A DNA stretch of 64,000 nucleotides from Eledone cirrhosa (GCA_964016885.1 OZ024754.1:17794001-17858000), one strand, 5' to 3'. Shown: positions 11,701 to 25,896, counted from the first letter of the stretch. Notes: generated by a model from the sequence alone, not told the origin. Made by a program: numbers and translations.

Positions 11701-14700
11701 TAAGAGGTAACACGCAGAGTGAAACAACATCAGGTCTTATAAGATATAACCCCAACATTAAACAACATCAGGTCTTATAGAGATAACCCCAGAGTTAAAG
11801 AATAACAGGTCTTATAAGAAGTAACCCCAGAGTTAAACAATATCAGGTCTTATAAGAGGTAACCTCAGAGTTAAACAAATTCAGATCTTATAAGATGAAA
11901 CCCCAGAGTTAAACAACTTCAGGACTTGTAAGAGGTAACCCGAGAGTTAAACAATATCAGGTCTTACAAGAGGTAAACCCTGAGTTAATCAACATCAGGT
12001 CTCATAAAATATGACTCTAGATTCAAACAACATCAGGTCTTATAAGAAGTAACACGCAGAGTTAAATAATATCAGGTCTTATAGGAGGTAACCCCAGAGT
12101 TAAGCAATATCAGGTCTTATAGGAGGTAACCCCAGTGTTAAACAATATCAGGTCTTATAAGAGGTAACCCCAGAGTTAAACAAATTCAGGTGTCATAAAT
12201 AATGACGCCAGAGTTAAACAACATCAGGTCTTATCAGATGTAACCCCAGAGTTAAACAATATCAGGTCTTATAAGAGGTAACCCCAGACTTAAACAACAT
12301 CAGCTCTTATAAGAGGTAACCCCAGAGTTAAGCAATATCAGGTCTTATAGGAGGTAACCCCAGTGTTAAACAACATCAGGTCTTATAAGTGGTAACCCGA
12401 GAGTTAAACAATATCAGGTCTTATAACATTTAACCTCAGAGTTAAACAACACCAGGTCTCATAAAAGATGACCCCAGAGATAAACAACATCAGGTCTTAT
12501 AAGAGGTACCCCCAGAGTTAAAGAACATCAGAACTTATAAGAGATAACCCAAGAGTTAAACAACATCAGGTCTCATAAAATATGACCCCAGAGTTAAATA
12601 AATTCAGGTCTCAAAAAGATGACCCTAGAGTTAAACAACATCAGATCTTATCAGAGGTAACACCAGAGTTAAACAACATCAGGTCTTATAAGAGGTAACC
12701 CCAGATTTAAACAACATCAGGTCATATAAGAGGTAACCTCAAGGTTAAACGAGATCATGTCTTATAAGAGATAACCTGAGAGTTAAACAACATCAGGTCT
12801 GAGAAAAAAAGACCCCAGAGTTTAATAAATTCAAATCTCATAAAAGATGACCCTAAAATTAAACAACCTCAGGTCTTATAAGATATAACCCCAACATTAA
12901 ACAACATCAGGTCTTATCAGATGTAACCCCATAGTTAAACAATATCAGGTCCTATAAGAGGTAACCCCATAGTTAAACAATATCAGGTCTTATAGGAGGT
13001 AACCCCAGAGTTAAGCAATATCAGGTCTTATAAGAGGTAACCCCAGAGTTAAACAACATCTGGTCTTATAAAGGTAACCCCAGAGTTAAACGACTTCAGG
13101 ACTTGTAAGAGGTAACCCGAGAATTAAACAATATCAGGTCTTACAAGATCTAACCACAGAGTTAAACAACATCACGTCTCATAGAAGATGACCTCAGAGT
13201 TAAACAACATCAGGTCTTATACGAGGTAACCCCCGAGTTAAACTACATCAGGACTTTTTAAGAGGTAACCCCAGAGTTAAACAATATCAGGTCTCATAAA
13301 ATATGACCCTAGATTCAATCAACATCAGGTCTTATAAGAGGTAACTCTAGAGTTAAACAACATCAGGTCTTATAAGAGGTAACTCTAGAGTTAAACAACA
13401 TCAGGTATTATAAGAGGTAACCCCAAAGTTAAACAATATCACGACTTATAAGAGGTAACCCCAGAATTAAACCACATCAGGTCTCATAATACCTGATGTT
13501 GTTTAACTCTGGGGTCATCTTTTATAAGAGGTAACCCCAGAGTTAAACAACGTCAGGTCATATAAGAGGTAATCCCAGAGTGAACAGGTCTCATAAAAGA
13601 TGACTACAGAGTTAAACAAGATCAGGTATTATAAGAGGTAATCCCAGAGTTAAACAAGAATCAGCTCTCATAAAAAATGACCCCAGAGTTAATCAACATC
13701 AAGCCTTATAAGAGGTAACCCCAGAGTTAAACTACATCAGGTCTTATAAGGGGTAACCCCAGAGTTAAACAACATCAGGTCTCATAAAAGATGACGCGTT
13801 AGTTAAACAACATTAGGTTTTATAAGATATAACCCCAGAGTTAAACAATATCAGGTCTTATAAGAGCTAAGCCCAGAGTTAAACAACATCAGGTCTTATC
13901 AGATGTAACCCCAAGGTTAAACAATATCAGGAGTTATAAGTGGTAACCCCAGTGTTAAACAACATCAGGTCTTATTAGAGGTAATCCAAGAGTTAAAAAA
14001 TATCAGGTCTCATTAAAGATGATGCCAGAGTTAAACAACATTGGGTCTTATATGAAATAAACACAGAGTTAAACAACATCAGGTCTTATAAGATGTAACC
14101 CCAGAGTTAAACAACATCAGGTCTTTTAAGAGGTAACCCCAGAGTTAAACAACATCAGGTCTCATTAAAGATGACCCCCAGAGTTAAACAACATTAGGTC
14201 TTATCAGATGTAACCCCAAGGATAAACAATATCAGCACTTATAAGAGGTAACCCCAGAGTTAAACATAATCAAGTATTATTAGAGGTAACCCCAGGGTTA
14301 AACAATATCAGGTCTCATAAAAGTAGCCTCAGAGTTGAACCACATCAGTTCTCATAAAAGATGACCCTAGAGTTAACCAACATAAGGTATTATAAGAGGT
14401 AACACCAGAGTTAAACAGCATCAGGTCTTATAAGAGGTAATCCCAGAGTTAAACAACATTAGGTCTCATAAAAGATGACCCCAGAGTTAAACAACATCAG
14501 GTCTTATATGAGGTAAACACGGAGTTAACAACATCAGGTCTTATAAGAAATAACCCCAGAGTTAAACATCATCAGGTCTCATAAAAGATGACGCGTTAGT
14601 TAAACAACATTAGGTTTTATAAGATATAACCCCAGAGTTAAACAACATCAGGTCTTATCAGATGTAACCCCAAGGTTAAACAATATCAGGAGTTATAAGT

Positions 14701-17700
14701 GGTAACCCCAGTGTTAAACAACATCAGGTCTTATTAGAGGTAATCCAAGAGTTAAAAAATATCAGGTCTTATAAGAGGTAACCCCAGAGTTAAACAACAT
14801 CAGGTCTCATTAAAGATGACGCCAGAGTTAAACCACTTAAGGTCTTATCAGATGTAACACCAAGGTTAAACAATATCAGGACTTATAAGAGGTAACCCCA
14901 GAATTAAACCACATCAGGTCTCATAAAAGATGACCCCAGAGTTAAACAACATCAGGTATTATAAGAGGTAACCCCAAAGTTAAACAACGTCAGGTCATAT
15001 AAGAGGTAACACCAGAGTTAAACAATTTAATGTCTTATAAGAGGTAACCCCAGAGTGAAACAACATCAGGTCTTATAAGGGCTAACCCCAGAGTTAAATG
15101 ACATCAGCTCTCATAAAAGATGACCCCAGAGTTAAACAAGATCAGGTCTTATAAGAGGTAATCCCAGAGTTAAACAAGAATCAGCTCTCATAAAAAATGA
15201 CCCCAGAGTTAATCAACATCAAGCCTTATAAGAGGTAACCCCAGAGTTAAACAACATCAGGTCTCATAAAAGATGATGCCAGAGTTAAACAACATTAAGT
15301 CTTATAAGAGGTAACACCAGAGTTAAACGACATCAGCACTCATAAATTATGACCACAGAGTTAAACAACATTGGGTCTTATATGAAGTAAACACAGAGTT
15401 AAACAATATCAGGTCTTATAAGAGGTAACCCCAGAGTTAAACATCATCAGGTCTCATAAAAGATGACGCGTTGTTTAAACAACATTAGGCCCTATAAGAT
15501 ATATCCCCAGAGTTAAACAATATCACGTCTTATAAAATGTTCGGCCAGAGTTAAAACACATCAGGTCTCATAAGAGGTAACCCCAGAGGTAAACAACATC
15601 AGGTCTCATAAAAGATAACCCCAGAGTTAAACCACTTCAGGTCTTATCAGATATAACACCCAGAGTTTAACAACATCAGGTCTCATAAAAGATGACCCCA
15701 GAGTTAAACAATATCAGGTCTGATAAATGGTAACCCCAGAGTTAAACATATTCAGGGCTGATAAGAGGAAACCCCAGATTTAAACAACATTAGGTCTTAT
15801 AAGAGGTAACCCCAGAGTTAAACAACATCAGGTCTTAAAAGAGGTAACCCTAGGGTTAAACAATATCAGATCTGATAAGAGGTAATCCCAGAGTTAAACA
15901 TCATCAGGGATTATAAGAGTAACCCCAGAGTTAAACAACAGCAGGTCTTATAAGAAGTAACCCCAGAGATAAACAACATTAGGTCTCATAAAAGATGGCC
16001 CCAGAGTTAAACCATATCAGGTCTCATAGAAGATGACCCCAGAGTTAAACAATATCAAGTCTCATAAAAGGTAACCCCAAGGTTAAACAATATCAGGTCT
16101 CATAGAAGATGACCCCAGAGTTAAACAATATCAGGTCTTATAAGAGGTAACCCCAGAGTTAAACAATATCAGGTCTTATAAGAGGTAGCCCCAGAGTTAA
16201 ACAACATCATGGCTTATAAGAGGTAACCCAAGAGTTAAACAACATCAGGTCTTATAAGAGGTAACCACAGAGTTAAACAACATCAGGTTTATAAGAGGTA
16301 GCCCCAGAGTTAAACAACATCAGGTCTTATAAGAGGTAGCCCCAGAGTTAAACAATATCAGGTCTTATAGGAGGTAACCCCAGAGTTAAGCAATATCAGG
16401 TCTTATAAGAGGTAACCCCAGAGTTAAACAACATCTGGTCTTATAAAGGTAACCCCAGAGTTAAACGACTTCAGGACTTGTAAGAGGTAACCCGAGAGTT
16501 AAACAATATCAAGTCTTACAAGATCTAACCACAGAGTTAAACAACATCACGTCTCATAGAAGATGACCTCAGAGTTAAACAACATCAGGTCTTATACGAG
16601 GTAACCCCCGAGTTAAACTACATCAGGACTTTTTAAGAGGTAACCCCAGAGTTAAACAATATCAGGTCTCATAAAATATGACCCTAGATTCAATCAACAT
16701 CAGGTCTTATAAGAGGTAACTCTAGAGTTAAACAACATCAGGTCTTATAAGAGGTAACTCTAGAGTTAAACAACATCAGGTATTATAAGAGGTAACCCCA
16801 AAGTTAAACAACATCAGGTCTTATAAGAGGTAGCCCCAGAGTTAAACAATATCAGGTCTTATAGGAGGTAACCCCAGAGTTAAGCAATATCAGGTCTTAT
16901 AAGAGGTAACCCCAGAGTTAAACAACATCTGGTCTTATAAAGGTAACCCCAGAGTTAAACGACTTCAGGACTTGTAAGAGGTAACCCGAGAGTTAAACAA
17001 TATCAAGTCTTACAAGATCTAACCACAGAGTTAAACAACATCACGTCTCATAGAAGATGACCTCAGAGTTAAACAACATCAGGTCTTATACGAGGTAACC
17101 CCCGAGTTAAACTACATCAGGACTTTTTAAGAGGTAACCCCAGAGTTAAACAATATCAGGTCTCATAAAATATGACCCTAGATTCAATCAACATCAGGTC
17201 TTATAAGAGGTAACCCCAGAGTTAAACAACATCAGGTCTCATAAAAGATGACCCCAGAGTTAAACAACATCAGGTCATATAAGAGGTAACACCAGAGTTA
17301 AACAATTTAATGTCTTATAAGAGGTAACCCCAGAGTGAAACAACATCAGGTCTTATAAGGGCTAACCCCAGAGTTAAATGACATCAGCTCTCATAAAAGA
17401 TGACCCCAGAGTTAAACAAGATCAGGTCTTATAAGAGGTAACCCCAGAGTTAAACAACATCAGCTCTTATAAGATGTAACTGCAAGGCTAAACAACATCT
17501 GGTCTTATAAGACGTAACCCCAGACTAAAACAACATTTGGTCTTATAAGAGGTAACCCCAGTTTTAAATAACATCAGGTCTTATAAGTGGTAACTCCAGA
17601 GTTAAACAACATCAGGTCTCATAAAGATGACCCCAGAGTAAAACAACATCAGTTCTTATAAGAAGGAACCCCAGAGTTAAACAACATTAGGTCTTATAAG

Positions 17701-17810
17701 AGGTAACCCAAGAGTTAAACAACATCAGGTCTTATAACAGATGACCCCAAGGTTAAACAACATCAGCTCTTATGACAGGTGACTCCAGGGATTAACAGCA
17801 ACATCAAACA
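8720..17810. repeat. 38-bp satellite array, main segment, with higher-order duplications
   Basis: Continuous 38-bp units. Diagnostic variant blocks recur (GACTTCAGGACTTG at 13092, 16467, 16961). The array degenerates at ~17760-17810. Confidence 0.97.
10497..11630 (-). mobile_element. 5'-truncated RTE-clade LINE (RT C-terminal half) with a (TGA)n tail
   Basis: GVHQGSVLSPLLF, LLYADDL, MLHGSETW, RRLRWYGHV and RGRPRKTW motifs; (CAT)n run on the plus strand at 10497-10519. Confidence 0.93.
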
Positions 17811-17840
17811 ACTAGAAGGAACAGGTATGTGTTACATTAC

Positions 17841-17964
17841 CTTTAGAAGAAATAGTCTTGTTCTTTTGTGCAAGATCATCTTCCATTTCACAGCGGAGAT
17901 GTTGATCACATTCTATCTTACATTCTAGTTTCTTGAGCAGAACACTTTTCTCTTGAATCTGTTC
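17841..17964 (-). CDS. NUMA1: NuMA-like host gene, coding exon 8 (EQIQEKSVLLKKLECKIECDQHLRCEMEDDLAQKNKTISSK), start of coiled coil
   Basis: ccttag acceptor, gtaat donor, open frame, phase 0 to 1. Resembles NuMA RRLKKQLADERSNRDELELEL (recalled, not searched). Confidence 0.72.
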
Positions 17965-18029
17965 CTAAGGTTTGTAAAAGTTTTTACAATAAATTTATTT
18001 GACAAACTTTGTAACTCTGCCATATATCA

Positions 18030-20380
18030 ACCAGATAGAAAAATGCGTACAGCAAAAAAAAGTAATATTGTTGAAATATAAACCTTTAAAAATAAAACTT
18101 TAAAAGAATAGGACAAGAAACTAAGATAAAACTTTAAAAGAATAGGACAAGAAACTAAGATAAAACTTTAAAGAATTGGACAAGAAATAAAAAATGTTAC
18201 AATAATATTAGTGGCAAAATTTTTATTGGTAAAAAATCGAGTTCCACATTCATAGGCTCTGGGTTCCACATTCAGAGGTCGTCGTCAGACCGGGGGGATC
18301 ATTTGATCCTGGTTTGAACACCAATTGGGCCATAACCATACCCCTATTTCATCATTCGGCGACACGCCTCATGTGTCATGCATAATGTGAATGGACCCAT
18401 GGGCCCATGAGCACAGATCTTGAGCAGCAGCGGACGGTCTTGTCGTCCCACTCATCCTTGATCTTGACCAACCCGTCCATCTTCTCCTTGCATCTTGTCC
18501 TTGAGTTCAAGTCCGGCAGTCCAGATGAATGCGTGCCACAGCTTTCTGGTACAGGAAGGGGGAGCAGGAGGGATGACGGGACAGAGGGAGGGAGGGAGGA
18601 CCGGTGGTTGAGGGAGGTGCCGTAGTTGGTGGTCAGAGTCGACATCTTGTCCCAGTCGTTTTCTCCATCTTCGTCTGGTGTTGCGGGACCAGAAGTGCAT
18701 TCTTGGAGGAGACCTGCAGCTGCATCGGCCAATTCTTCTTGCAATGGTTATTCTGACGGAGCAGAACTGCTCAGCCAACCAACCCCAACCAGAACCAACC
18801 GCTCAGGGGCAACGCACAATGAGAGCATGACAATTATTATGCACTAATCAAGAAGATACTGGGGCATAGCACAGGAAACGAATAAAAAAATTTTGCCACT
18901 AATATTATTGTAAAATTTTTTATTTCTTGTCCAATTCTTTAAAGTTTTATCTTAGTTTCTTGTCCTATTCTTTTAAAGTTTTATCTTAGTTTCTTGTCCT
19001 ATTCTTTTAAAGTTTTATTTTAGTTTCTTGTCCTGTATTTTTAAAGGTTTATATTCCAACAATATTACTTTTTTTTGCTGTACGCATTTTTCTATCTGGT
19101 CTACTATTTTTTAAGGCAATGCAAGCAACAACTATCTAATAATTAAATGATCATAGTGAATTACTGACAAGTGATTGACATTTTAAAGTTCTTTTGAGTA
19201 TAATTGCAATCTAGTTGAGGCAACTGGCTTAATGACAAAGCTAGTAAATCATGAATGCATTTGAGATGATTAGTGCATAATAGTGAATTAGTGAAACTTG
19301 TGCATTTCAATGGTGTTACAACAATAGATGTAAGTTATATAGTAGTAATACTTTATCATTTTAACTTTTTAGAATGGACAAAAACCCATGCAAAGAAATG
19401 ACTTTGACTGCAGTGATTCTCTCCAATTTACTTACAAAGCAAAACGTGGTCAAATACCTTATCATCTCTGATAAAATGCCCATTGAATCACTGAAAATCG
19501 GATGCATGGAATTCCTCATAAAATGCACCTATGAATTGGAAGCCATCACATTTATCAATGGATATAGGGAGTTGTTCACACTGGAAGACCATCAGTTCAT
19601 TTGTGACTTCATCAGTTATCTCCACGATTATCTCAGACACCCAATGCCATTGATGAGAGGTGATCCAATGTGTGAGCATGTAACTAATCTTATAGAAGTT
19701 GTTATCGACCACCTGGCTTTTAGTGACATTTGACTGATTTGACTGATAATGATGTATTTTTAAAAAGTATGTGTACATTCTTGTTACTATTTTAAGGCAA
19801 TGCAAGCAACAACTATTTAATAAAATTTAAATTTAAAAATGACTATTGTGCATTACTAGTATGATGACATTTTATTAAGTCACAAAATTAGTCAGTCAGC
19901 CATAGAACAAGGATCAGGTGGCAAAAACATTGGCAAAAATTTGTGTCAATTTAAGATTTCCAACATTGTTCAAATGAATCATATCTGGTTTGAAGTCAGA
20001 TTTGTCAAATTTTGACCAATTTTCAATGTTGTGAAGATTGGGCAAGTTCAATTTTTTAATCATTTCTTTCATGCAGTAATTAAACTTTTCCAAACGTCGT
20101 CATTTCTGGATTACCTCCCCTAGCGTCACGCTTACTACTCACTCACTTGAACACAAGATTTATCAGCAAACTTTGATTATAAACTTTTTCCCGCTGGACC
20201 AAATTTCTAGATTTTTAAACCAAAAGATGCGTAATGATCTACTGTTCATGCTCATATAAGTTTTATCTCAGTTAAATAAAGTAGAGCCGCGCTGCACTGT
20301 CGTAAACAGACGATTGCCAACGAAAACACGACCACAACAATATTACTAAACGGACTACCGTCTGTTTAGGATGGCATTAA
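18030..20380 (+). mobile_element. Helentron/HINE-like non-autonomous element with an internal inverted duplication and captured sequence
   Basis: 5' subTIR AGTAATATTGTTG (18061-18073) and 3' subTIR CAACAATATTACT (20335-20347), followed by a stem-loop (~20346-20369). ~200-bp inverted repeat 18030-18226 / 18884-19100 containing 31-bp tandem subrepeats. Confidence 0.55.
19374..19733 (+). CDS. 119-aa ORF of unknown function inside the Helentron-like element
   Basis: Uninterrupted, protein-like composition. Preceded by a pyrimidine tract-AG. Flanked by a ~37-bp direct repeat (19102 and ~19785). No family recognised. Confidence 0.35.
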   Translation: MDKNPCKEMTLTAVILSNLLTKQNVVKYLIISDKMPIESLKIGCMEFLIKCTYELEAITFINGYRELFTLEDHQFICDFISYLHDYLRHPMPLMRGDPMCEHVTNLIEVVIDHLAFSDI

Positions 20381-20469
20381 CTGTATTGTCATGGTAACCA
20401 ACAGGTCAATAATTTGTTCCTTGTCATCACTACTGATATATGTCCTATCACTACCAGGCATGTCTATTT

Positions 20470-20850
20470 AAGTGTTACACAGTTGTGTGTGTATATGTGG
20501 CAGTGTTACACAGTTTTGTGTGTATATGTGGCAGTGTTACACAGTTGTGTGTGTATATGTGAGAGTGTTACACAGTTGTGTGTGTATATGTGGCAGTGTT
20601 CCACAGTTCTGTGTGTATATTTGGCAGTGTTCTACAGTTGTGCGTGTATATGTGGCAGTGTTCCACGGTTGTGTGTGTATATGTGGCAGTGTTCCACGGT
20701 TGTGTGTGTATATGTGAGAGTGTTACACAGTTGTGTGTGTCTAATAGTGATTGTTAAACAACTGTGTATATGTGTTAGTGTTACACAGCTGGGTGTGTAT
20801 GTGTGAGTGTTACACAATTATGTGTATGTATAAGTGTTCCACAGTTCTGT
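20470..20850. repeat. 31-bp minisatellite (GTGTTACACAGTTGTGTGTGTATATGTGGCA)
   Basis: About 10-12 tandem copies. Confidence 0.9.
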
Positions 20851-23800
20851 GTGTAACAGAACATGTTAACATAGTGGCAAAACATGTTAACACACGAACA
20901 GAACATGTAGCCACACTAACAGTACATGTTAACACAGTGAGAGAACATGTTAACACACTAACAAAACATACTAACTGTGACATGTAAACACACTAACAGC
21001 ACATGTTAACACAGGTATAGAACATGTTAACATGGTGACAAAACATGTTAACATACTAACTGAACATGTTAACACATTAACAGAACATGTTAACACACTA
21101 ACAGAACATGTTAACACACTAACAAAACATGTTAACATACTACATAACATGTTAACAGCGACAGAACATGTTAACACACTAACAAAACATGTTAACACAC
21201 TAACAGAACATGTAACACACTAACAGAACATGTTAACACACTAACACGATATGTTAACAAACTAACAGAACATGTTAACACAGTGACAGAAAATGTTAAC
21301 ACACTAACAGAAAATGTTAACACACTAACAGTACATGTAAACACACTAACAGAACATATAAACACACTAACAGAACATGTTAACACACTAACAGAACATG
21401 TTAACACAGTGTCAGAACATGTTAACACACTCACAGAACATGTTAAGACAGTGACAAACATGTTAACACACTAACAGAACATGTTAACACAGTTACAGAA
21501 CATGTTAACACACTGACACAATATGTTAACTCACTAACAAAACATGTTAACACACTAACGGAACATGTTAACAGTGACAGAACATGTTAACACAGTGACA
21601 GATCATGTTAACACAGTGACAGATCATATTAACACACTAACAGAACATGAAAACACACTAACAGCACATGTTAACACAGTGACAGAACATGTTAACACAC
21701 AAACAGCACATGTGAACACAGTGACAGAACATGTTAACACAGTGACAGATCATATTAACACACTAACGGAATATGTTATCACCACTAACAAAATATGTTA
21801 GCAGAGTGACAGATAATATTAACACAGTAACAGAACATGTTAACACACAAACACAACATATTAACACAGTGACAAACATGTTAACACAGTGACAGATAAT
21901 ATTAACACAGTAACAGAACATGTTAACACACAAACACAACATATTAACACAGTGACAAACATGTTAACACAGTGAGAGAACATGTTAACACAGTAACAGA
22001 ACATGTTAACACACAAACACAACATATTAACACAGTGACAAACATGTTAACACAGTGAGAGAACATGTTAACACAGTAACAGAACATGTTAACACACAAA
22101 CACAACATATTAACACAGTGACAAACATGTTAACACAGTGAGAGAACATGTTAACACAGTAACAGAACATGTTAACACACAAACACAACATATTAACACA
22201 GTGACAAACATGTTAACACAGTGAGAGACCATGTTAACACAATAACAGAACATGTTAACACACAAACACAACATATTAACACAGTGACAAACATGTTAAC
22301 ACAGTGAGAGACCATGTTAACACAATAACAGAACATGTTAACACAGTAACAGAACATGTTAACACACAAACACAACATATTAACACAGTGACAAACATGT
22401 TAACACAGTGAGAGAACATGTTAACACACTAACAGAACATGTTAACACAGTGACAGAAAATGTTAACACACTAACAGCACATGTTAATACACTGAGAAAT
22501 ATGTTAACACACTAACAGAATATGTGAACACTCCAGCAGAACATGTTAACACACTAAAAGAACATGTTAACACATTAACAGAACAGGTTAACACACTAAC
22601 AGAACATGTTAACACACTCACAGAACATGTTAACACACTAGCACAATGTGTTAACACAATAAAAGAACATGTTGACAAACTAACACATGTTAACACTAAC
22701 ACAATATGTTAAGACACTAACAGAACATGTAAACACACTAACAGAACATGTTAACACAGTAACAGAACATGTTAACACAGTAACAGAACATGTTAACACA
22801 CTAACAGAACATGTTAACATAGTGACAGAACATGTAAACACACTAAAAGAACAAGTTAACAAACTACCAGAACATGTTAACACATGACAGATCATATTAA
22901 CACACTAACAGAACATGTTAACACAGTGACAGATCATATTAACACAATAACAGAACATGTTAACACAGTGACAGAAAATCTTAACACACTAACAGAAAAT
23001 GTTAACACAGTGAAAGCACGTGTTAACATAGTGACAAGACTTGTTAATACAGTGACTTGTTAACACAGTGACATGTTAACACACTAAGAGGACATATTAA
23101 CGCAGTGATAGATTATGTTAACACACTAACAGAACATGTTAACACACTAACAGAACATGTAAACACAGTGATGGAACATGTAAACGCACTAACAGAAAAT
23201 GTTAACACAGAGAAGAATGTGTTAATACAGTGACAGAATATGTTAACACACTATCAGAACATGTTAACACAGTGACAGAACATGTTAACACAATAACAGA
23301 ACATGTTAACACACTAACAGAACATGTTAACACAGTGACAGAACATGTTAACACAGTGGCAGAACAGGTTAACACACTAACAGAACATGTTAACACACTA
23401 ACAGAACATGTAAACACAGTGATGGAACATGTAAACGCACTAACAGAAAATGTTAACACAGAGACAAACGTGTTAATACAGTCACAGAACATGTTAACAC
23501 ACTATCAGAACATGTTAACACAGTGACAGAACATGTAAACACACAAACAGAACAGGTTAACACACTAACAGAACATGTTAACACACTAACAAAACATGTT
23601 AACACAGTGAGAGATCATATTGACACACTATCAGAACATGTTAACACACTAACAGAAAATGTGAACACAGTCTCAGAACATGTTAACACAGTGACATAAC
23701 ATGTTAACACACTAACATGTAAAAACACTACCAGAGCATGTTAACACAGTGACAGATCTTATTAACACACTAACGGAACATGTTAACACACTAACAAAAC

Positions 23801-25838
23801 ATGTTAACACAATAACAAAACATGTTAACACACTAACAAAACATGTTAACACACTATCAGAATCAGTTAACAAAGTGACAGAGTATGTTAACACACAAAC
23901 AGAACGTTTTGAGACAGTGACAGAACGTGTTAACACACTAACAGAACATATCAATGCACTAAAAGAATTAACACAATGGCGGAACATGTTACCACACTAA
24001 CAGAACATGTAAACACAATACACTAACAGAACATGTAAACACAATACACTAACAGAACATGTTAACACACTAACAGAACATGTAAACACAATACACTAAC
24101 AGAACATGTAAACACAATACACTAACAGAACATGTAAACACAATACACTAACAGAACATGTTAACACACTAACAGAACATGTAAACACAATACACTAACA
24201 GAACATGTAAACACAATACACTAACAGAACATGTAAACACAATACACTAACAGAACATGTAAACACAATACACTAACAGAACATGTTAACACACTAACAG
24301 AACATGTAAACACAATACACTAACAGAACATGTAAACACAATACACTAACAGAACATGTTACCACACTAACAGAACATGTAAACACAATACACTAACAGA
24401 ACATGTAAACACAATACACTAACAGAACATGTAAACACAATACACTAACAGAACATGTAAACACAATACACTAACAGAACATGTTAACACACTAACAGAA
24501 CATGTAAACACAATACACTAACAGAACATGTAAACACAATACACTAACAGAACATGTTACCACACTAACAGAACATGTAAACACAATACACTAACAGAAC
24601 ATGTAAACACAATACACTAACAGAACATGTAAACACAATACACTAACAGAACATGTAAACACAATACACTAACAGAACATGTAAACACAATACACTAACA
24701 GAACATGTTAACACACTAACAGAACATGTAAACACAATACACTAACAGAACATGTAAACACAATACACTAACAGAACATGTAAACACAATACACTAACAG
24801 AACATGTTAACACACTAACAGAACATGTTAACATACTAACAGATCATGTTAACACAGTGATAGACCATGTTAACACACTAACAGAATATGTTAACACACT
24901 AACAGATCATGTTAACACACTAACAGAACATGTAAACACAATACACTAACAGAACATGTAAACACAATACACTAACAGAACATGTAAACACAATACACTA
25001 ACAGAACATGTTACCACACTAACAGAACATGTAAACACAATACACTAACAGAACATGTAAACACAATACACTAACAGAACATGTAAACACAATACACTAA
25101 CAGAACATGTTAACACACTAACAGAACATGTAACACACTAACAGATCATGTTAACACACTAACAGAACATGTAAACACAATACACTAACAGAACATGTAA
25201 ACAAAATACACTAACAGAACATGTTAACACACTAACAGAACATGTTAACATACTAACAGATCATGTTAACACAGTGATAGACCATGTTAACACACTAACA
25301 GAATATGTTAACACACTAACAGATCATGTTAACACACTAACAGAACATGTTAACACACTAACAGATCATGTTAACACAGTGATAGACCATGTTAACACAC
25401 TAACAGAATATGTTAACACACTACCGGAACATGTTAACAGACTAACAGAACATGTAACACACTAACAGAACATGTTAACACACTAACAGAACATGTTAAC
25501 ACAGTGATAAACATATTAACACACTAACAGAACATGTTAACACACTCACAGAACATGTTAACACAGTGACAGAACATATTAAACTGTGACAGAAGATTTT
25601 AACACACTAACAGAGCATGTTCACACACTAACAGAACATGTTAACACACTAACAGAACATGTTAACACACTAACAGATCATGTTAACACAGTGACAGAAC
25701 ATGTTAACACAGTGACAGAACATGTTAACACAGTGACAGAACATGTTAACACAGTGACAGAACATATTAACACAGTGACAGAACATGTTAACACACTAAC
25801 AGAACATGTTAACACAGTGACAGAACATGTTAACATGA
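20851..25838. repeat. 21-bp satellite (AACATGTTAACACACTAACAG) with a 26-bp variant domain (~24000-25220) and an 82-bp higher-order block (~21820-22420)
   Basis: Direct tandem repeats; the source of the spurious TEHVNTL/VLTCSVS ORFs. Confidence 0.96.
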
Positions 25839-25857
25839 GATAAAACATTGTAGTCAC

Positions 25858-25896
25858 CTCAGTTACTTTCCGTAATTTCCGTTCTTTCAATATCAT
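25858..25896 (-). CDS. NUMA1: NuMA-like host gene, coding exon 7 (MILKERKLRKVTE)
   Basis: T-rich tract with aattag acceptor, gtgact donor; 39 nt, phase 0 to 0, matching both neighbouring exons. Confidence 0.6.

Noticed and set aside
1-17810. CRISPR-like appearance of the 38-bp repeats
   Set aside because: The units are contiguous with no unique spacers, there are no cas genes, and the context is eukaryotic.
20414-25843. Heptad-like ORFs (TEHVNTL)n, (VLTCSVS)n and Cys/Val-rich ORFs
   Set aside because: Translations of the 21- and 31-bp satellites, with frequent frame breaks on both strands.
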